From the IMG/VR virus record IMGVR_UViG_2713897055_000013: DNA of 6,783 bases; one strand, 5' to 3'. The stretch comes from a virus (lineage: Duplodnaviria > Heunggongvirae > Uroviricota > Caudoviricetes). Numbering within the stretch: the first letter of the stretch is position 1; each line of letters opens with the position of its first letter. Positions 1-5,175 of the stretch are shown in pieces. The position numbers were made by a program, and so were the translations under genes. The notes beneath the pieces were generated by a model. The model saw only the letters and a list, made by a program, of their open reading frames with translations. It had not been told where the DNA came from and searched no databases.

Positions 1-201
1 TTTCAGAGCGTTATAGATAGCCAGCCCTTCAAAGATGTCGCCACCAGGTGAATGAATGCTCAGATGGATTTCAGACACATTACCGCACGCGTTGATCTCG
101 TCAGTAAGTGCCGATGCCTTTACACCGTACCCGCCGATCTCGTCATAAATGCGCACATGTACAACATCTGCCATAGCCTTAATGGAAAACCATGTTTTCA
201 T
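1..201 (-). CDS. ClpP/SppA-clan serine protease, probable prohead/head-maturation protease; N-terminal 67 codons only, gene continues past the window start
   Basis: Minus-strand ATG at 199-201 with AGGAG (plus 209-213) 7 nt upstream; frame open to position 1. My translation: MKTWFSIKAMADVVHVRIYDEIGGYGVKASALTDEINACGNVSEIHLSIHSPGGDIFEGLAIYNALK. The I-x-SPGG-x5-G-x-AIY block is the conserved segment of ClpP-fold (S14/S49) proteases. The catalytic Ser lies outside the window. Confidence 0.7.
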   Translation of the reverse strand, partial: MKTWFSIKAMADVVHVRIYDEIGGYGVKASALTDEINACGNVSEIHLSIHSPGGDIFEGLAIYNALK

Positions 202-392
202 AGCCAGGCTCCTAACGTTGCCCTGTACCAGTATTCAACCGCGCTGCGTGTGATTTGTCCTTTCGTGGGCACTGGCATACCCGGGTGATTATCTTTGATG
301 AACTGCTGATAGCGTTCGATCTTCTCCATAGTTCCGGCGTCTATGTGTACCGTGGCACTTTTATCCGGCTTTCTGGTGTTGTTCTCTGGCAT
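198..392 (-). CDS. Hypothetical small protein (64 aa from ATG 390-392; tracked ORF extends to 425), translationally coupled to the protease
   Basis: GGAGG (plus 400-404) 7 nt upstream of ATG 390-392, whereas the upstream ATGs at 425/422 have no SD. Stop TGA overlaps the protease ATG (ATGA at 198-201). Product MPENNTRKPDKSATVHIDAGTMEKIERYQQFIK...; a beta-strand then helix pattern hints at a ribbon-helix-helix fold, unverified. Confidence 0.5.
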   Translation of the reverse strand: MPENNTRKPDKSATVHIDAGTMEKIERYQQFIKDNHPGMPVPTKGQITRSAVEYWYRATLGAWL

Positions 393-587
393 AAATCCGC
401 CTCCGTTTTGATTAACGGGCATCATTATTGATCGATAAAAGTAATAGATAAATCATTTTCTACCATAAAATCAGATTATGTTTTTTCTGATTATTCTCAG
501 AAAGGCAAAGTTATTGACGCATTTTTGCCATTGAAGCAGTATTAAGACTCGTCATCCTGGCGATAAAAACTCCTTTGTCGTGTAAAA

Positions 588-624
588 GCGCCTCCGGTAA
601 CAGCAATCGGGGGCGCTTTTTTTT
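588..624 (+). terminator. Intrinsic terminator-like hairpin followed by T8 (weaker in the minus orientation)
   Basis: GCGCCTCCG (588-596) pairs with CGGGGGCGC (608-616) with one G-U, loop about 11 nt, then T8 at 617-624; a second GCGCC plus T7 follows at 625-638. An A4 run upstream gives a weaker minus-strand reading. Confidence 0.5.
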
Positions 625-821
625 GCGCCTGTTTTTTTGTAAATGCTTTCGGGAACGCTCCAGTGATGAACAAAAAACAACCTGATTCGACACTAAAAAT
701 TTTTATTCTTCAATATATCAATAACTTATAGTGGTGGTGATGGTGCCATAAAAATCAAAAAATGCGCCTTTTTCCGCGCCCCTCCGCCCCGTGGACAGGC
801 CCCCCCCACCAGGAGTACCTA

Positions 822-845
822 CAAAAAAGCCGGATTGCTCCGGCT
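822..845 (-). terminator. Intrinsic terminator downstream of the PerC-like gene
   Basis: AGCCGGA (828-834), loop TTGC, TCCGGCT (839-845); on the minus strand the hairpin is followed by T6 (plus A-run 823-828). It sits 7 nt past the stop at 852-854. Confidence 0.5.
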
Positions 846-851
846 GTGTGA

Positions 852-1124
852 TTAGCTGTCTTGGTAATTACACCATATTTCATCGCTTACACCATCTATA
901 CCCATTTCAGCATAAGTGCGATCTACTGCCTTTCTCAGGTCTCCGAAGTTATCCGGCGGCTCCGGTGGCCTCTGTGCCTTCCTGGAACATTCCAGCCGTC
1001 GCATCGTAACCTGATGCCGTTCCTTGTCTGTCTCCACCAGCTGCATGACTTCACCCCATCGCGCCGCCGCCCTCCGGTAAAATCCTTTCGCCTCGAGTTC
1101 CTCCGCTATGCGGTCATGTATCAT
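852..1124 (-). CDS. PerC-family transcriptional regulator (Pch-like), 90 aa
   Basis: ATG 1122-1124 with GGAGAG SD 7 nt upstream. N-terminus MIHDRIAEELEAKGFYRRAAARWGEVM matches the A-x-x-LE-x-x-G-x-x-RRAA-x-RW signature I recall for PerC/Pch activators. Assignment is from memory of the family, not a search. Confidence 0.55.
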   Translation of the reverse strand: MIHDRIAEELEAKGFYRRAAARWGEVMQLVETDKERHQVTMRRLECSRKAQRPPEPPDNFGDLRKAVDRTYAEMGIDGVSDEIWCNYQDS

Positions 1125-1389
1125 CGCCTGACTCTCCGGTTTTTACGTTGATGGTTGTTACCTGTTCCGCTTCGGCAATCTCCCGTTCTGTCAACGTGGC
1201 AAAGTTTGCCGTCGCTGTGGTCATGAATGCGCTTATCAGTTCGGGATGCTCCTTCGCGTATCCTTCCCCCGCGTGGCGGTCTATTACCCTGATTGCCACC
1301 TTTAAGGCGTGCTCTGTCATGTCTAACGCTTTATATTTCGGCTCTGTTCTGTCTCTGCGCATTTTGGTTATCTCCTCACTCATGCTCAC
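1114..1389 (-). CDS. Hypothetical protein, 91 aa (GTG start at 1387-1389; in-frame ATG at 1381-1383)
   Basis: GAGGTG SD 5 nt upstream of the GTG; overlaps the PerC-like start by 11 nt; same strand as the operon. No family recognised. Confidence 0.45.
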   Translation of the reverse strand: MSMSEEITKMRRDRTEPKYKALDMTEHALKVAIRVIDRHAGEGYAKEHPELISAFMTTATANFATLTEREIAEAEQVTTINVKTGESGDDT

Positions 1390-1576
1390 TTTTACACCTC
1401 ACTTTTTAAAGCGTCTCGCTTCGTCTCACTTGATATTTTTTGATGCTTTATGTGTGTGTTTCATAAGGATTTTTTTTACTCCTCACTTTTGAGCATGTAT
1501 ACAGGTGAGAAAGTGAGTAATCGTGTTAATATTTTGTAAAAACCTCACCATTACTCACTTTTTCTACTCACTTTTT
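1385..1576. repeat. Iteron-like array of CTCAC(T)n repeats flanking an AT-rich core; putative island replication origin
   Basis: CTCACTTTT-type copies at 1385-1393, 1398-1407, 1425-1431, 1482-1490, 1544-1548, 1554-1563 and 1567-1576, plus two inverted GTGAG copies at 1505-1509 and 1513-1517. AT-rich, T-run-rich spacer at about 1430-1480. The array starts at the stop of the 469-aa ATPase gene. Confidence 0.55.
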
Positions 1577-2984
1577 ACAGTGGTCCTACATCATCACCAT
1601 CAATGTAAATCACGGCGTCTTTTTCCAGTTTGGCTAACCATCGCCGCATATTTTTCACGTCATACCCAAGCCGTTTCATGTCATCACGTAACAGCGGGAT
1701 CGTGCACTTGTCGCCGTTCTGTGTGCGTGAACGGATGCACCCCCATAGTGCGGTATGGTTTTCCGTCTTGTTGCCTGCCTCCTCGATGCGTTCCAGTTCA
1801 ACGGGAGGGCGCGGCTTATCCACCACCACCAGCGACGTGATTAACTCCCCGTCAGCGTCGGTAAACAACTCCACCACGCGTAAGTCATATGCGGCTTCTT
1901 TGAGTTCCTCCGCGTCCTTCATTTTGGTGCATGAGATAACCAGCGCTTCGCTTCCTGCGTCCTCCCTGCGTATCCGGTATTCAGCATCCAGTGATGCACG
2001 AAATGCACTGGAACCGCGCGCGCCTTTCGTCTCATCCTTGCCGGAATGGTGAACCACCAGCACCGTGGCCCCTGTGCGTCGTTTCAGTTCGTCACAACCA
2101 CGGATAAACGCCCCCATATCACGGGAATCATTTTCATCATTCCCACCAAAGCAACGCGCCAGCGTATCCAGAATAATCATGCGTACAGGTTTACCCGTTT
2201 CCCGCTCCACCTGACGGGCAGCGATAACCATTTCATCAACATCAAGCGGGACCGCCGGAAAGATGGGACGGTTTACCAGATACAGATTTTTCACCTGCTC
2301 ACCGTGCACAACCTCCCAGGCTTTTACACGACGCGGAACGCCGATACCGCCTTCACCAACCACATAGAGAACAGCGCCATGCGCCACCCTGCGGCCTCCC
2401 CACTGGCGGCCCGTGGAAACGTGACACGCCCACGATCCGGCAAGGAATGATTTATAGGAACCGCTCGCCCCGTATATGCTGCAAAGCGACGATGCCGGAA
2501 TAATCCCCTTTACCACGTAATCAAGCTGTGTGTCGTATCCGGTAGATCCAACGCTCATCGGTAGCGTGGTTTTTCGCTGGGGGATTTTTTTCATGACCAG
2601 GCTTTCCCCGCGTTCCCATGCCTCCCTAAGCCGTGGAAGCTGGTCGCTCCATTCCTCCAGCAATTCGAAATTTTCAGAAAGTAGCCGCGCCTCCTGGACT
2701 CCGGCGATCGCCAGTTTCGTGGCGATGGTTAACAGCTGCGGCTCTTCAATATTTCCGGCGCGTATCACCGTCGCCCTGTATCGCCCATCATCAACAATCT
2801 GGAGGTTATCCAGTTCGCTTAACTGATAACGCCCCAGATAAACGGGAGGGACTGGATCGCCTGCTTTTTTGGCCTGTGCAATGATGTAATGCTCTGCGAA
2901 TGAGTGAGCATCAATACCCGCAAAAATAATCGCATCGGTGTATTTGTCTTGCGGTAATCGTTTTACGTTCGGTGCCAGTTTCAT
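1575..2984 (-). CDS. RecA-fold P-loop ATPase of the AAA_25 / RepA-DnaB-like type, 469 aa; putative island replication initiator/helicase
   Basis: Long ORF with GGGGT SD 6 nt upstream of the ATG. P-loop-like IYGASGSYKSF (aa 172-179), Walker B-like VRMIILDTL, then VLVVHHSGKD and GSSAFRASLDAEYRI blocks typical of RepA-like RecA-fold ATPases. About 100 aa of C-terminal extension could be a DNA-binding domain. Followed directly by the iteron array. Confidence 0.85.
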   Translation of the reverse strand: MKLAPNVKRLPQDKYTDAIIFAGIDAHSFAEHYIIAQAKKAGDPVPPVYLGRYQLSELDNLQIVDDGRYRATVIRAGNIEEPQLLTIATKLAIAGVQEARLLSENFELLEEWSDQLPRLREAWERGESLVMKKIPQRKTTLPMSVGSTGYDTQLDYVVKGIIPASSLCSIYGASGSYKSFLAGSWACHVSTGRQWGGRRVAHGAVLYVVGEGGIGVPRRVKAWEVVHGEQVKNLYLVNRPIFPAVPLDVDEMVIAARQVERETGKPVRMIILDTLARCFGGNDENDSRDMGAFIRGCDELKRRTGATVLVVHHSGKDETKGARGSSAFRASLDAEYRIRREDAGSEALVISCTKMKDAEELKEAAYDLRVVELFTDADGELITSLVVVDKPRPPVELERIEEAGNKTENHTALWGCIRSRTQNGDKCTIPLLRDDMKRLGYDVKNMRRWLAKLEKDAVIYIDGDDVGPL

Positions 2985-3280
2985 TTTTTACCCCTGAATA
3001 CGTTAAGCATCTTTTTTATTTCCTGAATATTGGCGCGTGCTTTCTCCCTGCTGGTTGGTTTACTGCGGGGCGCTGCCTGTACCAGAGAAAAATCACGATC
3101 GAACTGATAAACAGGCATAACGCAATCATATTCGTAGCCTTCACGGCGGTAAGTGATGCGCCGTTCCTCCACGCCTTTAATCGTTACCGTGCCGCCGTAC
3201 TGGTCGCGGTAAATATCACCGCGCGTAAATTTAGGGTGAGTGTTGCCACTGGCAGTTAAGCCAGAATATTTAAGTTTCAT
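2981..3280 (-). CDS. Hypothetical protein, 99 aa, translationally coupled to the ATPase gene
   Basis: Stop TGA overlaps the ATPase ATG (ATGA at 2981-2984); GGAG about 9-10 nt upstream of ATG 3278-3280. No family recognised. Confidence 0.6.
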   Translation of the reverse strand: MKLKYSGLTASGNTHPKFTRGDIYRDQYGGTVTIKGVEERRITYRREGYEYDCVMPVYQFDRDFSLVQAAPRSKPTSREKARANIQEIKKMLNVFRGKK

Positions 3281-3285
3281 TATTT

Positions 3286-3516
3286 TTATTCTCCGGTGTG
3301 GGGCGAGTTATTATTCTCGTGAATTGCCATTGCCTTATCCAGTTCATCAATAACAGGCGATAGTAATGTCTGAATGGCTGCAAACATTAATACACCTGAT
3401 TCTTCACCACCTTCCGGCACTTCAATTAATTTAATTAACAACGCATTCATTTCGCGTGCTTTAATTAATGCGTTTTCAGAGTGGATTAATACTTCAAAAG
3501 GGATTTTATGCATCAC
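3286..3516 (-). CDS. Hypothetical small protein, about 75 aa, in the AT-rich cassette (start GTG 3514-3516 or ATG 3511-3513)
   Basis: AGGGAG (plus 3524-3529) 7 nt upstream of the GTG; start overlaps the stop of the upstream ORF (GTGATGCATAA). Lies in a strongly AT-rich stretch. Confidence 0.5.
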   Translation of the reverse strand: MMHKIPFEVLIHSENALIKAREMNALLIKLIEVPEGGEESGVLMFAAIQTLLSPVIDELDKAMAIHENNNSPHTGE

Positions 3517-3736
3517 AAATTTTCTCCCTTATTCTTTTAATGTCCTCATTAAGGATGTCTGTAACTTTTATCAGCGAGTTTTTGGCAATTATTTTTATTG
3601 TTTTAAGTTTTCTTTTGTCGTGCTCCGACTGTGATTTTCTCTCCATGCTCTCCACCATGTGGGTAACATCAACGAGCGCACGTATCAGTATTTGCATTGC
3701 TTCTTCTGCTGCGTCTGGTGTGGTTTTATTGCACAT
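3506..3736 (-). CDS. Hypothetical small protein, 76 aa, in the AT-rich cassette
   Basis: Strong SD GGAGGGG (plus 3743-3749) 6 nt upstream of ATG 3734-3736. Charged, probably helical product MCNKTTPDAAEEAMQILIRALVDVTHMVESMERKSQ... Confidence 0.55.
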   Translation of the reverse strand: MCNKTTPDAAEEAMQILIRALVDVTHMVESMERKSQSEHDKRKLKTIKIIAKNSLIKVTDILNEDIKRIREKICDA

Positions 3737-3960
3737 GGTGTACCCCTCCGCATTTTTTTTTCGTTAGAAATAAGCGTTCTTCTTTCCTGTTCATCGCTCA
3801 GGAATACGCAGACCTCACCGCTAAGGCGTTTAAGTAAGCCGATGATTGCCCCTGATTCGCTGTCGGTCATCATGCCAGGGTAATCCTCTGCCAGTGCGCA
3901 AATAACTTCGATTTGGTGGGCGCGTTCTGCTGCCTGTTGTAGTGTGATTTCCTGGCTCAT
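3685..3960 (-). CDS. Hypothetical protein, 91 aa (MSQEITLQQAAERAHQIEV...); the track's 110-aa version starting at 4017 is less likely
   Basis: ATG 3958-3960 overlaps the stop of the upstream 64-aa ORF (ATGA) and is preceded by a G-rich SD. Its last 22 codons run through an A9 tract and overlap the next gene's SD and start. Confidence 0.5.
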   Translation of the reverse strand: MSQEITLQQAAERAHQIEVICALAEDYPGMMTDSESGAIIGLLKRLSGEVCVFLSDEQERRTLISNEKKMRRGTPCAIKPHQTQQKKQCKY

Positions 3961-4151
3961 AAGTCCACCCCCTGACGAATACGGGCGGCAAATACAGCGA
4001 CACAACCGGACGGGCAACGGCTACGCGCTTCGCGTTCCGTCCAGGCGGTTACGTGGATGATTTGAGATTCTCCGGCACTCAGTGCCAGAAAACGCCACAC
4101 AAAGGCCGTTTGTGTGTGTACAAGGTGTGGGGTATGATTTACGGCAACCAT
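3957..4151 (-). CDS. Hypothetical protein, 64 aa; first gene of the leftward operon
   Basis: Strong SD GAGGAG (plus 4157-4162) 5 nt upstream of ATG 4149-4151; stop coupled to the next gene (ATGA). No family recognised. Confidence 0.5.
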   Translation of the reverse strand: MVAVNHTPHLVHTQTAFVWRFLALSAGESQIIHVTAWTEREARSRCPSGCVAVFAARIRQGVDL

Positions 4152-4224
4152 AACGGCTCCTCGTTTACGTTGTTGGTTAGAAGCCCGTTGGTGTTCATAG
4201 CGCCAGCGGGCTTTGCTTTTGTGG

Positions 4225-4294
4225 TGTCATTGGTATACATTGTCACCGTAAGGCCATTATTATACTCGAGGTATACAATGTCAACCAATGACAA
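4225..4294. promoter_or_regulatory. Divergent control region with nested direct and inverted repeats (operator candidate) and overlapping promoter hexamers
   Basis: 14-bp direct repeats GGTATACATTGTCA (4232-4245) and GGTATACAATGTCA (4270-4283). 10-bp inverted pair TGTCATTGGT (4225-4234) and ACCAATGACA (4284-4293). On the minus strand a perfect TATAAT (plus 4259-4264) and TTGACA (plus 4279-4284), but only 14 bp apart. The second repeat overlaps the SD and ATG of the RHH gene. Confidence 0.45.
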
Positions 4295-4454
4295 CAAAAA
4301 GGAAAGGTTTTCCGTACAGCTTCGTCTTGATGCTGACTTATTCGAACGCTTAAGCATCGCCATGAAAGAAGATGGCGATGATAACCGCTCAGGATGGATA
4401 AAAAGGCTTTTGCGCCGTGAGTTGGATAAACGCGGCATAGAATCAAAAGAATAA
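4278..4454 (+). CDS. Ribbon-helix-helix (CopG/Arc/MetJ-like) DNA-binding protein, 58 aa; candidate island repressor
   Basis: ATG 4278 with GAGG SD (4268-4271) 6 nt upstream. Product MSTNDNKKERFSVQLRLDADLFERLSIAMKEDGDDNRSGWIKRLLRRELDKRGIESKE shows the strand-helix-helix pattern. Divergent from the main operon with repeats over its own start. Confidence 0.6.
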   Translation: MSTNDNKKERFSVQLRLDADLFERLSIAMKEDGDDNRSGWIKRLLRRELDKRGIESKE

Positions 4455-4511
4455 TTACTATCAGCGCCGTGGCGTGAGGAACTCCGGCGCATTGCTTTAC
4501 AGGTACACACA

Positions 4512-4715
4512 ATGACCAACAAAGAATCAACCAATACACCATCGCAAAAAACGAACAGAGAGCACGAAAATATGGCGCTCGAGCATGAATCAGAAAGATT
4601 CGCACCATGCGCTTTTGTCCTTGATGAGTTTCTAAAAAAATATTCACGTTCCGAACGGATGAAAATGGCAGCACAATACGGCCCCAACAAGCAAGATAAT
4701 TGCCCACCAGCCTGA
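4512..4715 (+). CDS. Hypothetical small ORF, 67 aa, downstream of the RHH gene (weak call)
   Basis: Same strand as the RHH gene and followed by a plus-strand terminator, but no convincing SD and a hydrophilic, low-complexity N-terminus. Confidence 0.3.
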   Translation: MTNKESTNTPSQKTNREHENMALEHESERFAPCAFVLDEFLKKYSRSERMKMAAQYGPNKQDNCPPA

Positions 4716-4785
4716 TCGCGGTTATCATGCCCGGGCTTATGATTGTTGACACATACGGCGCAGCGGGTTAATTGTTCAGAAAGGT

Positions 4786-4811
4786 GGCTCCATTTCGGGG
4801 CCGCTTTTTTT
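4786..4811 (+). terminator. Intrinsic terminator closing the plus-strand RHH module
   Basis: GGCTCC (4786-4791), loop ATTTC, GGGGCC (4797-4802) with one G-U pair, then GC and T7 (4805-4811). Confidence 0.5.
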
Positions 4812-4836
4812 ATGTTCATCATTTGCCCTATATATG

Positions 4837-5045
4837 TTAAGCGGTCGTTCCGCGCGCTTCTTGTTCGCGTTCTTTCATCCATGCGATTACGTCTTCCTCA
4901 TACCATCCGCGACGGCGCAAACCGACACGAAAACCCTGCGGGAATTCTCCGGCGTTGATCATGCTTTGCAGCGTGCTGTCTGCCTTAATGTGGATAAGTT
5001 TTTTTTACTTCCTGGCGAAAGATGACTTTTTTTGATTGCTTCCAT
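4837..5045 (-). pseudogene. AlpA/excisionase-family-like small regulator interrupted by a frameshift at an A8 run (pseudogene or frameshift-dependent gene)
   Basis: ATG 5043-5045 with GAGGT SD 8 nt upstream opens a frame (MEAIKKSHLSPGSKKN...) that stops at 4959-4961. The -1 frame continues from the A8 run (plus T8 4999-5006) as ...LIHIKADSTLQSMINAGEFPQGFRVGLRRRGWYEEDVIAWMKEREQEARGTTA to a stop at 4837-4839. That C-terminal segment resembles the AlpA/Xis recognition-helix and wing region. Confidence 0.45.
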
Positions 5046-5175
5046 CGTGATTTACCTCATTAATCCGGTGTATTCCGGTGAGAAATACGGTAAATCATCG
5101 GATGCAGGGAAAAACAGTACTCACCGTTTTTAAACGGTATACACAGTTTTTTATATTGATGATTTGAAAGGGATT

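Noticed and set aside
52-288. Plus-strand ORF of 78 aa
   Set aside because: Antisense to the ClpP-like protease N-terminus and the coupled small gene, both better supported.
511-693. Minus-strand ORF of 60 aa, highly basic
   Set aside because: Contains the GC-rich terminator hairpin and T/A runs; the lysine/arginine-rich translation comes from the A-runs. Region treated as non-coding.
760-820. GC-rich patch checked as a possible tRNA fragment or att core
   Set aside because: No cloverleaf-compatible complementarity seen by eye, and the island continues on both sides; not supportable as a tRNA or att site without comparison to an empty site.
791-1492. Plus-strand ORFs 791..1009, 861..1151 and 1148..1492
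   Set aside because: Antisense to the PerC-like and 91-aa genes and running through the iteron array; proline/cysteine-rich, no SD.
1385-1576. Possibility that the CTCAC repeat array is a CRISPR array
   Set aside because: Repeats are only 9-10 bp, irregularly spaced and in both orientations, with no uniform spacers. This fits iterons or binding sites, not CRISPR.
1630-2884. Plus-strand ORFs 1630..2052, 2046..2450, 2530..2826 and 2633..2884
   Set aside because: All lie antisense inside the 469-aa ATPase gene, which has clear motifs; translations are low-complexity and lack ribosome-binding sites.
3374-3883. Plus-strand ORFs 3374..3634, 3468..3767 and 3659..3883
   Set aside because: Antisense to the small minus-strand genes that carry strong SDs and coupled stop/start overlaps; translations are hydrophobic low-complexity from AT-rich sequence.
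3685-4017. 110-aa version of the MSQ gene starting at ATG 4017
   Set aside because: It would overlap the upstream 64-aa gene by about 60 nt in another frame. The internal ATG at 3958-3960 gives the classic ATGA coupling with that gene's stop.
4139-4882. Long minus-strand ORFs of 247 aa (4139..4882) and 169 aa (4243..4752)
   Set aside because: Antisense to the well-supported RHH gene, spanning the plus-strand terminator and the divergent promoter; Ser/Arg-rich low-complexity translation, no SD. Likely an artefact of open antisense frames.
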